From positions 12,617 to 76,616 of IMG/VR virus record IMGVR_UViG_3300010883_008292: a stretch of 64,000 bases of DNA. One strand, 5' to 3'. This stretch comes from a virus. Made by a program: the position numbers and the translations under genes. The notes beneath the pieces were generated by a model. The model ran no database searches, was not told where the DNA came from, and was given only the letters and a program-made list of their open reading frames with translations. This document shows positions 47,358 to 57,096 of this stretch, piece after piece. Position 1 is the first letter of the stretch; each line of letters begins with the position of its first letter.

Positions 47358-47816
47358 ATGGTAAAACTAACCACAGCGAATTGGGACAATTTCGTCCACA
47401 CCTTCCCACAAATAGAAAAACAATTTATCGGATTCAACAGAGTCTTTGATTTACTTCAAAAGGACTTTGAGCCGGCAAATAATAATTTTCCACCTTTTAA
47501 CATTCAAAAGATAGACGACTATAAATTTGAACTTCAACTAGCACTCGCTGGTTTCAAAGAATCAAATTTGGATATCTCAGTAGAGGATGGAACACTTACT
47601 ATAACGGGAGATCAAACCCAGGGCGCAATAGACGGCGAACCTGATAACTTTATACACAAAGGAATAGCTGAACGCAAATTCAGACGCTCCTGGTCTTTGG
47701 CTGATACCGTAGTAGTAAAAGGTGCCAACTTAAAAGACGGGGTCTTAACAGTATCTTTGGAAAATGAAATACCAGAGGCTAAAAAGCCCAAATCAATTGA
47801 AATAAAAACTAAATAA
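47358..47816 (+). CDS. hsp20: Small heat-shock protein
   Basis: FPPFNI, LALAGF, HKGIAER.F.R...LAD...V.GA.L.DG.L...L...IPE motifs. Confidence 0.95.
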   Translation: MVKLTTANWDNFVHTFPQIEKQFIGFNRVFDLLQKDFEPANNNFPPFNIQKIDDYKFELQLALAGFKESNLDISVEDGTLTITGDQTQGAIDGEPDNFIHKGIAERKFRRSWSLADTVVVKGANLKDGVLTVSLENEIPEAKKPKSIEIKTK

Positions 47817-47831
47817 TGTAGGAGCAGGAGC

Positions 47832-48182
47832 ATGGCAAACATTCAAATTATAAAATTAACCTCAGGTGAGGATATTATGGGAGAAGTCTCGGATACAGAA
47901 ATAGATGGTAAAGCATTTTTACTTATAGAGAATCCGGCAGTAATCTTAATGATGCCTAAACCTGGTAGTGATGATGAGTTCGGCGTTGGCCTTGCTCCAT
48001 ACGCTCCTTTTGCTAAAGAGCATAAAGTTCCTATATTCCCCAATCATATAATTTCAGTATATGATCCTGATAGAAATTTATTAAACGCTTATTCACAGAA
48101 GTTTGGCTCTGGCTTAATACAAGTGGGATCTCCAGGTGTTAGTCTTATAAATAAAAAGATACTAAACGAAAATAAGAAGTAA
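47832..48182 (+). CDS. Hypothetical protein (Sm-like barrel?)
   Basis: IIKLTSGEDI.GE...IENP...LAPYAPF, Y...FGSG pattern; position between hsp20 and gp43. Confidence 0.65.
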   Translation: MANIQIIKLTSGEDIMGEVSDTEIDGKAFLLIENPAVILMMPKPGSDDEFGVGLAPYAPFAKEHKVPIFPNHIISVYDPDRNLLNAYSQKFGSGLIQVGSPGVSLINKKILNENKK

Positions 48183-48187
48183 GATAA

Positions 48188-48622
48188 GTGTACGAATATA
48201 GAGCAAAAATTGTCAGGGTAGTTGACGGAGATACAGTAGATGTTGATATCGACTTGGGCTTCGGCGCCTGGTTACATAAGCAACGTGTCAGGTTATATGG
48301 GATTGACACACCAGAAAGTAGAACCCGTGACCTTGAGGAAAAGAAGTTCGGACTTATGGCAAAAGAATTCCTCAAAAAAGAACTTAAAGATGGAGCTGTA
48401 CTCAAAACAAGGCTTGATGGTAAAGGTAAATATGGAAGAATCCTCGGTGAATTTATTACTGTAAAAGAAGATACCCGGCCGGGTGTCACCTTCGGGGAAA
48501 AGTACAGACGTAATGTAAACGAATACCTAATTGAACAACATCATGCAGTTACATACCACGGCCAATCAAAAGAAGACATAGCAGCAGCCCATTTAGTGAA
48601 TCGTACCTTTTTCGATAATTAA
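48188..48622 (+). CDS. SNase/thermonuclease-family nuclease
   Basis: RVVDGDT.DV.IDLGF, RVRL.GIDTPESRT, GKYGRILG motifs; late promoter at 48146-48153. Confidence 0.9.
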   Translation: MYEYRAKIVRVVDGDTVDVDIDLGFGAWLHKQRVRLYGIDTPESRTRDLEEKKFGLMAKEFLKKELKDGAVLKTRLDGKGKYGRILGEFITVKEDTRPGVTFGEKYRRNVNEYLIEQHHAVTYHGQSKEDIAAAHLVNRTFFDN

Positions 48623-48625
48623 TAG

Positions 48626-48654
48626 TTGACTCTAGGTTCGAAAGAGCCTATAAT
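48626..48654 (+). promoter_or_regulatory. Sigma70-type promoter for gp43
   Basis: TTGACT-ctaGGTTcgaaagagcc-TATAAT. Confidence 0.8.
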
Positions 48655-48681
48655 GTACTATATGTTGGTGTTGGATATAAT

Positions 48682-51177
48682 ATGAATTTTTATACTTATG
48701 CGCGTCATTACGGCGACAAAATCCTGGTCCGTGGAGTGAAGAACGGAGAACGTTTTACCTCACGACACGACTTCAGACCTACCCTATTTGTCAAATCAGA
48801 CAAACCCTCAGAATACAAAAGCATTTTTGGAGAGAAAGTATCTCCTATACAGTTTGATTCTAACAAAGAAGCAACTGACTTTTTTAGTAGATATAAAGAC
48901 ATTCCTAACTTTCCAGTATTTGGGCAAAACTACTATGCCTACCAATACATAACAGAAAAGTATCCTGGAACAATTGAATGGGATGCTAAAAAATTAGCCA
49001 TTTACTCTATTGACATTGAAACAACGTCAGATGGTGGCTTTCCTAACGTAGACTCTCCGAGTGAGAAAGTTCTAGTTATCACACTTCAAAACAACAACAC
49101 CAAGAAGATAACAACTTTTGGCCTCGGAGAGTTTACACCTAAGGACGATACAAAACATTTAGATATAGATTATCATAATTGTACAGACGAATATGCTCTT
49201 CTTAAAACCTTTTTAGACTGGTGGGAGTCTAATACTCCAGACGTTATTACGGGCTGGAACTCTAACTTATTTGATATACCCTACTTACTTGCTAGAACAG
49301 AAAAAATATTAGGCGAGAACGAACATAAAAAATATTCTCCCTTTGGCATAGTACAGAAAAGAAACGTTAGATTCATGGGACAAGAAAAGACAGCATTTGA
49401 AATAGTAGGTGTTGCACAATTAGATTATTTAGACTTATATAAGAAGTTTACTTATGTTACTCGTGAATCCTATAAACTAGACTTTATTGCAGAAACAGAG
49501 CTAGGTAAAAATAAACTTGATAGTGGCTTTGAAACATTTAAAGAGCATTATGAGAAGGATTGGAATGGATTTGTAGAGTATAATATTATTGATACAGTTC
49601 TTGTTGATGAGTTAGAAGATAAAATGAAACTTATTGAACTGGCCATTACAATGGCATACGATGCTAAATGTAATTATAATGATGTATATTCTGCGGTTAG
49701 AACGTGGGATAGTTTATTATATAATCACTTATGGGAAAAGAAAATTGTCTTACACCAAGGTGGTGGCAGGAAAGATAGAACAATAGAAGGAGCATATGTA
49801 CAGGAACCAGTACCCGGTAATTATGATTGGGTTGCTAGTTTCGATGCCACAAGTCTATATCCTTCTATTATTATGCAGTACAATATGAGTCCGGAAACTA
49901 TTATTCCTGATTTTAAATATGATGTGAAAGTAGATGACTTGATAGATAGGTATAAGTTAGACAAGTTAAAAGAAAAGAATTATGCTATGGCAGCTAATGG
50001 AACTTGTTATTCGAGGGAAAAGCAAGGCCTGTTTCCTGAGATAGTACAAAAGTTTTTTAATGATAGATTAAAATATAAAAGACTTATGCAAGAGTCACAA
50101 AAGAAGTTCCAGGAAACTGGTGCCAAAGTTTATGAAAATGAAGTTAGCAAATATAATAACTTCCAAATGGCAAGAAAAATTCAATTGAACAGTTTATATG
50201 GCGCCTTGGCAAACCAATACTTTAGATTCTATGATGATAGACTTGCTGAAGGTATTACAATGACCGGCCAGTTAGTAATTAGAGACACGGCAAAGGCATT
50301 AGACAAATATATTAATAAGGTCTGTGGTACGGAAGATCAACAATATTCGTTTTATAGCGATACTGACTCCTGCTATGTTACTTTGGACAATATGGTTAAA
50401 AACTTTTTCCCTGATAAAAGCAAAGATCAGGTAGTAGGTTTAATAGATACGATTGCATCTGAGAAAATAGAACCAGCAATAGATCAGGCAATGCAAAAGT
50501 TGGCTAACTATACTAATGCTTTTGAAAAGAAAATAGACTTTAAAAGGGAGATTATAGCAGATAAAGGTATATTTGTAGCTAAGAAGCGATATGCTTTAAA
50601 TGTATATGATGACGAAGGATTGAGACTTAAAGAACCCAAGTTAAAGGTAATGGGATTAGAGATAGTCAGATCAAGCACTCCTGGCGTAATTAGAGAGTCT
50701 CTAAGGGAGGCCGTACGTCTTATACTTACTAGCGATGAAGAAACATTACACTCCTACGTAGCAGACGCCAAAGAGGACTTCCTCAGCAAAACAGCTGAAG
50801 TAATAGCATTTCCTAGAGGCTGTAACAATATGAAGAAGTATAGAAGTACCGCAGACATATATGGCAAAGGAACTCCTATTCACGTTAGGGGTGGATTGCT
50901 ATATAATCATTATTTGAAGGAACATAATTTAAATTTAAAGTATGAGAAAATCCAGGAAGGAGATAAGATTAAGTTCTTATATTTAAAAGAGCCTAATCCT
51001 ATAAAAGAAAATACGATAGCATTTATTACCAAACTTCCAAAAGAATTCAATTTACAGAAATATGTAGATTACGAACTAATTTTCCAAAAGGCATTTGTGG
51101 ATCCTTTAGAAAATATATTGAATCCACTGGGCTGGCATACCGAACCCCAAGCTTCCTTAGAGGACTTATTTACATGA
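48682..51177 (+). CDS. gp43: Family B DNA polymerase
   Basis: SIDIET, TGWN..LFDIPY, SFDATSLYP, KIQLNSLYG, YSDTDS motifs; C-terminal SLEDLF clamp peptide. Confidence 0.98.
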   Translation: MNFYTYARHYGDKILVRGVKNGERFTSRHDFRPTLFVKSDKPSEYKSIFGEKVSPIQFDSNKEATDFFSRYKDIPNFPVFGQNYYAYQYITEKYPGTIEWDAKKLAIYSIDIETTSDGGFPNVDSPSEKVLVITLQNNNTKKITTFGLGEFTPKDDTKHLDIDYHNCTDEYALLKTFLDWWESNTPDVITGWNSNLFDIPYLLARTEKILGENEHKKYSPFGIVQKRNVRFMGQEKTAFEIVGVAQLDYLDLYKKFTYVTRESYKLDFIAETELGKNKLDSGFETFKEHYEKDWNGFVEYNIIDTVLVDELEDKMKLIELAITMAYDAKCNYNDVYSAVRTWDSLLYNHLWEKKIVLHQGGGRKDRTIEGAYVQEPVPGNYDWVASFDATSLYPSIIMQYNMSPETIIPDFKYDVKVDDLIDRYKLDKLKEKNYAMAANGTCYSREKQGLFPEIVQKFFNDRLKYKRLMQESQKKFQETGAKVYENEVSKYNNFQMARKIQLNSLYGALANQYFRFYDDRLAEGITMTGQLVIRDTAKALDKYINKVCGTEDQQYSFYSDTDSCYVTLDNMVKNFFPDKSKDQVVGLIDTIASEKIEPAIDQAMQKLANYTNAFEKKIDFKREIIADKGIFVAKKRYALNVYDDEGLRLKEPKLKVMGLEIVRSSTPGVIRESLREAVRLILTSDEETLHSYVADAKEDFLSKTAEVIAFPRGCNNMKKYRSTADIYGKGTPIHVRGGLLYNHYLKEHNLNLKYEKIQEGDKIKFLYLKEPNPIKENTIAFITKLPKEFNLQKYVDYELIFQKAFVDPLENILNPLGWHTEPQASLEDLFT

Positions 51178-52016
51178 TAGAATATGACAAAGAACTAGTA
51201 CACAATGCGTTGGGTAGACCATATTGGATATATGCAGACGACACATTTTATCAACAAAGAATTGCAGGTGCAGGACCATACCAACAGAAGAATTTAAAAT
51301 ACATTAGAGCATTGGTTCCTAATGCCAGAACAATAATTGATGTTGGTATGAATATAGGAATGAATACTATTGAATATGCCACTTGGGCTGATGAAGTAAA
51401 ATCATTTGAACCTGTTAAACAAACATATGATATGGCAAAACTTAATATAGAATTAGCTAAAGAACAAAAAGAGTTCTTAAAAACATGGTGGCCTAATTCA
51501 TCACTACTACAAATAGCAGATATAGAAGCTCATAATTGTGGTTTAGGTGATAAACCAGGATCCTTTGAAATACAGATTAAAAGAAATAATGCAGGATCAA
51601 ATCATTTAAAAAGAACCCATACAAAAAGAGGTCCTGTTGGAGCAACTACAAAACCAAGCGTAGACGAAATACAAACAGTTCTGATAAACACATTGGATTC
51701 TTATGGATACAAAGATGTAGATGTAATTAAAGTAGATGCTGAGGGTTATGAATACCCTGTAGTTATGGGTGCAGAAGAAACTATAATGAGAGATAAACCG
51801 GTTGTTCAATTAGAAATGATTGCAGGACAGCCAGAAAGATTTGGATACACATTACAAATGATACAGGATTGGTTCCTTGAAAGAGACTTTATTATTACAT
51901 TACCAGATGGTACTGAAGTTGATGACGAGTTTACCTATTATAAGAAGAATGTAGAGAGATTTTTTATACATAAAAGTAAGTATGAGAAAAGAACATTAGA
52001 GGATTTATTTACATGA
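51174..52016 (+). CDS. FkbM-family methyltransferase
   Basis: IIDVGMNIG, SFEP, NCGLG, TLDS, VIKVDAEGYE..V..GA...I....P...LE motifs. Confidence 0.9.
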   Translation: MIEYDKELVHNALGRPYWIYADDTFYQQRIAGAGPYQQKNLKYIRALVPNARTIIDVGMNIGMNTIEYATWADEVKSFEPVKQTYDMAKLNIELAKEQKEFLKTWWPNSSLLQIADIEAHNCGLGDKPGSFEIQIKRNNAGSNHLKRTHTKRGPVGATTKPSVDEIQTVLINTLDSYGYKDVDVIKVDAEGYEYPVVMGAEETIMRDKPVVQLEMIAGQPERFGYTLQMIQDWFLERDFIITLPDGTEVDDEFTYYKKNVERFFIHKSKYEKRTLEDLFT

Positions 52017-52129
52017 TATCAGGTTGGATACTTTTTGCAGCACTAATATTTGTCAATACTGCTGTATATGTAATGATACAGATGTATTTTGAAGGGCACC
52101 CAGCATTTACAGACGGGGATCATATATGA
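52013..52129 (+). CDS. 38-aa membrane peptide (not in the ORF track)
   Basis: MISGWILFAALIFVNTAVYVMIQMYFEGHPAFTDGDHI; ATGA overlaps at both ends. Confidence 0.5.
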   Translation: MISGWILFAALIFVNTAVYVMIQMYFEGHPAFTDGDHI

Positions 52130-52896
52130 GACGCAAAAGTAACCGGTTCAACCCCGCAATTCATCGGGTAGAACTGAACAATAGCTTACAATGGATCAGG
52201 CACAATGGCCAAATCATCCTGTTTGTCAATACGCCAAAGAACGCCTCCACAACGATAAGAGAATACTTGAACATTCATGGCACTGATTTTTCTCATTATC
52301 ATGATGCGCTGTACTCTATTCCGCAGGAGATCGAACACAGCCCGTATAAGATTTGTGTTATACACAGAGAACCAATGGCAAGACATTTGAGTGCAGCATC
52401 TATGATCGCGGGAGAAATTGAACAGACATATGGCATAACGGGATTGGATTCCAGTGACTTTTATGATCTGCACAGAGTTCGCGATCTTCACTTAGTTCCT
52501 CAATGGGCATTCGTGCCAATGTGTATGCCCCCAATGGATTCAGATAGCTACCTCATGTTGGGTGGAGACAAATACGATTGGAACGATCTGTATCGGGACT
52601 TGATAGGAAAGTACGGGTTTGAAAATCTAATAAACGAACACTATGATTTCTTTTGGATGTCAGAAGACCCGAGAGAAAACGTGTGGATGGATATCTGCAA
52701 ACATTATGATATGCCCCTAATGGATAAAAAACATAATAACTCTGTAGGGGACCTTAGCTATGATAGGAAAGATAAGCCAATAAAGAATTTAAGTAAAATG
52801 ATCACTTCTGTACACTCTGCATATGCTTGTGACTATGATTTTCACCATAGAGTAGCGTACAGAAACACCAAATGGAGAGAAAATGAGACACGGTAG
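52126..52896 (+). CDS. Sulfotransferase-like protein
   Basis: FVNTPKNASTTI (5'-PSB loop), REP..R.LSA (3'-PB), HLVPQ motifs. Confidence 0.65.
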   Translation: MRRKSNRFNPAIHRVELNNSLQWIRHNGQIILFVNTPKNASTTIREYLNIHGTDFSHYHDALYSIPQEIEHSPYKICVIHREPMARHLSAASMIAGEIEQTYGITGLDSSDFYDLHRVRDLHLVPQWAFVPMCMPPMDSDSYLMLGGDKYDWNDLYRDLIGKYGFENLINEHYDFFWMSEDPRENVWMDICKHYDMPLMDKKHNNSVGDLSYDRKDKPIKNLSKMITSVHSAYACDYDFHHRVAYRNTKWRENETR

Positions 52897-53068
52897 GAAT
52901 AGCGCATACGGCCGTAAGGCTAGACAAGAAGGAGCTTTGGAAAGACTTATCGCTTCTAAATTTACAGAAAAAAAGATGAAGGATGGGCATACTAGAAATG
53001 AAGAAAGCTGGAGCAAGAAAAAAGAGCTGGACATTGAAAGACTTGAACAACATATTAAACAGACCTAA
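52883..53068 (+). CDS. Small basic hypothetical protein
   Basis: Coupled ORF with a GGAG RBS. Confidence 0.5.
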   Translation: MRHGRNSAYGRKARQEGALERLIASKFTEKKMKDGHTRNEESWSKKKELDIERLEQHIKQT

Positions 53069-53855
53069 AGCAGTAATAGTAGGATATGGTTTTGTAGGTA
53101 AAGCTACAGAATATTTCTTAAAAACTCATGTTGAAAATCCACCAGAGATATTGATACATGATCCTGCATTAAAAATGAAGGTATCTGATTGGAGTGGCAT
53201 AGACTATGCTTTTATATGTGTTCCAACTCCATTAAAAGGATCAGTACATGCTGTTGGTAGAAAACTGGATATAGATATAGTAGATGAGGCTTGTAAGAAA
53301 GCTTTTACTAGAGGTGGAGTATCTAGAATTGTTATACGAAGTACAATAGGCCCAGATCAGACATCTAAGTACACAACAAATATGGGTGCAATTATCTGGC
53401 CTGAGTTTTTAAGAGAAAAACATTGGAAAGAGGATATTGATAATGCAGATTTACCAATGGTGGTAGGTGGTTATCAAATAGATCACTTTTTAAAAACTAT
53501 TCAATGTCATAAAAAGATTTTTGTAGTTAAGCCTCAGGAAGCAGCGATGATGAAAATAGGAAGAAATGCTGCGCTTGCTATAAAAGTAGAGTTAGCCAAT
53601 GAATTTAAAAATATATGTGATGAATGGGATATGGATTATAAGGTAATAGCAGACTTTTTTAGTAAGGATCCTAATTTAGGAAAGACACATTGGGACGTTC
53701 CAGGCCCAGACGGAAAGGTAGGATTCGGGGGTACTTGTTTACCAAAAGACTTGACTCACACTTCATCGATCTGTTATAATTATGATAATATTTTAAAAGT
53801 TGCGAGTACCGCAAACAAAAGAAGGAGAAGTAATGAACTTAATAGAAAAACTTAA
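52983..53855 (+). CDS. UDP-glucose/GDP-mannose dehydrogenase family protein (short form); true start probably ~53034-53043
   Basis: IVGYGFVG, FICVPTP, IRST, PEFLRE, GFGGTCLPKD motifs. Confidence 0.88.
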   Translation: MGILEMKKAGARKKSWTLKDLNNILNRPKAVIVGYGFVGKATEYFLKTHVENPPEILIHDPALKMKVSDWSGIDYAFICVPTPLKGSVHAVGRKLDIDIVDEACKKAFTRGGVSRIVIRSTIGPDQTSKYTTNMGAIIWPEFLREKHWKEDIDNADLPMVVGGYQIDHFLKTIQCHKKIFVVKPQEAAMMKIGRNAALAIKVELANEFKNICDEWDMDYKVIADFFSKDPNLGKTHWDVPGPDGKVGFGGTCLPKDLTHTSSICYNYDNILKVASTANKRRRSNELNRKT

Positions 53856-54900
53856 ACAGAACACAACAATCAAACAATCTGAAATACTAACAGATTCTAA
53901 GTTTTTTAACGAACAGGATATAATACAGACATCTGTACCTGCAGTTAATGTTGCGTTAAGTGGAAAATTGGACGGGGGTCTAACAACAGGATTAACTGTA
54001 TTTGCTGGACCAAGTAAACATTTTAAAACAGCATTTGCTATGTTGTTAGCCAAAGCATTTTTAGACAAATATAAAGATGGTGTTATTTTGTTTTATGATA
54101 GTGAGTTTGGAGCACCACAGGCATATTTTGATACCTTTGGTATAGATACGAATAGAGTAATACATAGTCCAATATCAGATATAGAACAATTAAAATTTGA
54201 TGCTATGCAACAGCTCAAGGGATTAGAAAGAGAAGACCACGTGATGATTATCGTTGATAGTGTGGGTAACTTGGCAAGTAAAAAAGAAGTAGAAGACGCC
54301 TTAGAGGGCAAATCAGTAGCAGATATGACAAGAGCTAAACAAATGAAGTCACTGTTTAGAATGATTACTCCTCATTTAACTATAAAAGATATACCAGCGA
54401 TTGTAGTTAATCACACATATAAAGAAATAGGCTTGTTTCCTAAAGACGTTGTAAGTGGTGGAACAGGTATATATTATTCAGCAGACAACATCTATATTAT
54501 AGGCAGAAGGCAAACAAAGGTAGGAACAGAAGTTACAGGATATGAATTTGTAATAAATGTTGAGAAGTCTAGATTTGTTAGAGAGAAATCTAAGATCATT
54601 ATACAAGTAGCTTGGGAATCAGGTATTAGTCCATGGTCTGGTTTATTAGAAATGGCATTAGAATCAGGACATGTTATTAAACCTAGTGTTGGTTGGTATC
54701 AAAGACAAAATCCTAACACAGGCGAAATATCACCTGATGTAAAAAGAAGAATTAAAGATCTAGATGGAACCTTTTGGATACCGTTATTAGAAGACGAAAG
54801 CTTTAATACTTGGGTTAAGGAAAGATATGCCTTAGGTGGTGTAGCAATGCAGGCAGAATTCACGGAAAAAGAAATTGAGCAAGAATACGATAAAGTGTGA
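53833..54900 (+). CDS. uvsX: RecA-like recombinase
   Basis: NVALSG..DGG, AGPSKHFKT, FYDSEFG, DSVGNLASKKE, VADMTRAK motifs. Confidence 0.97.
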   Translation: MNLIEKLKQNTTIKQSEILTDSKFFNEQDIIQTSVPAVNVALSGKLDGGLTTGLTVFAGPSKHFKTAFAMLLAKAFLDKYKDGVILFYDSEFGAPQAYFDTFGIDTNRVIHSPISDIEQLKFDAMQQLKGLEREDHVMIIVDSVGNLASKKEVEDALEGKSVADMTRAKQMKSLFRMITPHLTIKDIPAIVVNHTYKEIGLFPKDVVSGGTGIYYSADNIYIIGRRQTKVGTEVTGYEFVINVEKSRFVREKSKIIIQVAWESGISPWSGLLEMALESGHVIKPSVGWYQRQNPNTGEISPDVKRRIKDLDGTFWIPLLEDESFNTWVKERYALGGVAMQAEFTEKEIEQEYDKV

Positions 54901-55060
54901 TAGATGCGACACAGGCATTAATCCAAAGAAAGATAAATCCTATTGTTTTCACCAAGAAGGATTTGGCGGTGATGAAGTATATATCTGCGCCAAATGTGTT
55001 GCGGAAGTATATAATGAGTTTGTAGAGGATATGGATGGTTTTGTGGAGGACGTAGAATGA
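54875..55060 (+). CDS. Small zinc-finger protein
   Basis: CDRC...CAKC. Confidence 0.55.
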   Translation: MSKNTIKCDRCDTGINPKKDKSYCFHQEGFGGDEVYICAKCVAEVYNEFVEDMDGFVEDVE

Positions 55061-55719
55061 AGTTATACTCAGAACAATATGAAGCAGGACCTGAATACCT
55101 AACAGATAAATGTTGGCCACATACATATGGTCCTGCGGTATATGATCAATTGTTTGAACCTATAAAAGATACAGTAAGAAATTATTTAGAAATTGGCACA
55201 GCATATGGTGGTTCTATATTACTAGCTAAAGATTATTTTCTTCGATCTACTATATGGGGTGTGGATATTATATCTCCAAATAGAAGGTTGCGTGCTAAAG
55301 ATGCTGATAGAATTATTTGTGTTCAAGGCAATGCTTATAAAAAACAAGTATCAGACATGTTTATAAATTTAATGGATATTATTATAGATGATGGTTCACA
55401 TACATTAGAAGATCAATGTACCACTATAGATTTATACTTAGAAAAATTATCAGTAGGCGGATTATTTATCATAGAAGATGTAAAAGTGCCTGCATACGAC
55501 TTTGAAGCTCTTGATAAAACACTAGATGCTTATGTAGATGAAAAGAGAGGTAAAAATCCTTGGTTAACTTATGAGACAAGTACATACATAGGTCCAGAGT
55601 ATTTTACTAATTCAAAGGGGGGAAGAGAGCAAGAAAAAATGGAAGAGATAGAACAGCATGGTGAATTAAAAGCGAAAGAAAAGGATGACAACCTTTATAT
55701 AATAAAGAGGGTGAAATAA
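55057..55719 (+). CDS. Class I SAM-dependent methyltransferase (sugar O-methyltransferase-like)
   Basis: H.Y...Y, YLEIG...GGS, GVDI, DIIIDDGSH, L..GG.FIIED motifs. Confidence 0.85.
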   Translation: MKLYSEQYEAGPEYLTDKCWPHTYGPAVYDQLFEPIKDTVRNYLEIGTAYGGSILLAKDYFLRSTIWGVDIISPNRRLRAKDADRIICVQGNAYKKQVSDMFINLMDIIIDDGSHTLEDQCTTIDLYLEKLSVGGLFIIEDVKVPAYDFEALDKTLDAYVDEKRGKNPWLTYETSTYIGPEYFTNSKGGREQEKMEEIEQHGELKAKEKDDNLYIIKRVK

Positions 55720-57096
55720 TTGAAAGACAGGATTGAACAGGTAATATTAGAAAACTTAATATACTCTGAAGAATATGTAAGGAAAGTTATACCTTTCCTC
55801 AAAGCTTCATATTTTATGAATTTTGAGGATCAGAAAGTGTTTACAATTATTCGTGATTTTGTAGAAAAGTATAATAATCCTCCAACTAAACAAGCAGTCA
55901 TTCTTAGCTTAAATGAAGATAAAGGTTTAAACGAAGATACTCATACAAAATGTATAGAAATATTAGACTCCTTAAATGAAGATAAAGTTGACAAAGAATG
56001 GTTGGTAGACGAAACAGAAAAGTTCTGTAAGGATAAAGCATTATACTTGGGTGTTATGGATAGTATCCAGATACTTGATGGAAAGAATAAAGACCAAGGT
56101 AGAGATGCGTTACCACAGATATTATCAGACGCTCTTGCAGTAGGATTTGATACGAATGTAGGCCATGACTTCATTGGAGACGCTGAAAAACGATATGATT
56201 TTTATCATAAGTTAGAAGAGAAAGTAGAATTTGATTTGGATATGTTTAACAAAATAACAGAGGGTGGACTATCTAATAAAACCTTAAACATAGCATTAGC
56301 AGGCACGGGTGTAGGTAAATCACTTTTTATGTGCCATATGGCGTCTAGTTGCATCTCTAGAGGCAAAAATGTACTCTATATTACCCTAGAAATGGCAGAA
56401 GAAAGAATTGCTGAACGTATAGACGCCAATTTAATGAACATGCCTATTATGGAGCTAAAAGACTTATCTAAGGCAATGTTTGATGATAAAATTAGTAAGA
56501 TTAATGATAAGATAGAGGGTAGACTTATTATAAAAGAATATCCTACAGCGTCAGCACACGCCGGACATTTCAAAGCATTACTAAATGAATTAAAATTGAA
56601 GAGAAGTTTCTTCCCGGATATTATATTCATAGACTATTTAAATATATGTACAAGTTCTAGATTCCGTCCAGGCACTCAAGCCAGCACTTATGTTATTATT
56701 AAAAGTATTGCAGAAGAATTAAGAGGATTAGCAGTGGAACAAAATGTTCCTATTGTTAGCGCTACACAAACAACAAGAGGCGGGTTTGATAACAGTGATG
56801 TATCCTTAACAGATACAGCAGAAAGTTTTGGATTACCAGCAACAGCAGACTTAATGTTTGCTATTATAAGTACAGAAGAATTAGAACAAATGGGGCAGTT
56901 CATGATTAAGCAGTTAAAGAACAGATATGCAGACCCTACAAGAAACAAAAGATTTATGATAGGGGTGGATAGAGCAAAAATGAAATTGTTTGATCTAGAT
57001 CCATCTGCACAACAATCTTTAACTGATGCAAACATAGACGTTCCGATATTTGAGAAGGCACAACAGGAGAACAAATATGATAAGCTTAAATTTTAA
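55720..57096 (+). CDS. gp41: Replicative helicase
   Basis: LAGTGVGKS, YITLEMAEERIAERIDAN, IKEYPT, DYLNIC, SATQT.R, ESFGLPATAD, KQLKNRY motifs. Confidence 0.97.
   Translation: MKDRIEQVILENLIYSEEYVRKVIPFLKASYFMNFEDQKVFTIIRDFVEKYNNPPTKQAVILSLNEDKGLNEDTHTKCIEILDSLNEDKVDKEWLVDETEKFCKDKALYLGVMDSIQILDGKNKDQGRDALPQILSDALAVGFDTNVGHDFIGDAEKRYDFYHKLEEKVEFDLDMFNKITEGGLSNKTLNIALAGTGVGKSLFMCHMASSCISRGKNVLYITLEMAEERIAERIDANLMNMPIMELKDLSKAMFDDKISKINDKIEGRLIIKEYPTASAHAGHFKALLNELKLKRSFFPDIIFIDYLNICTSSRFRPGTQASTYVIIKSIAEELRGLAVEQNVPIVSATQTTRGGFDNSDVSLTDTAESFGLPATADLMFAIISTEELEQMGQFMIKQLKNRYADPTRNKRFMIGVDRAKMKLFDLDPSAQQSLTDANIDVPIFEKAQQENKYDKLKF

Noticed and set aside
5302-57096. Introns, inteins or homing endonucleases in gp17, gp20, gp43, uvsX or gp41
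   Set aside because: All are uninterrupted and of normal length; no intein or HNH/GIY-YIG motifs were seen.
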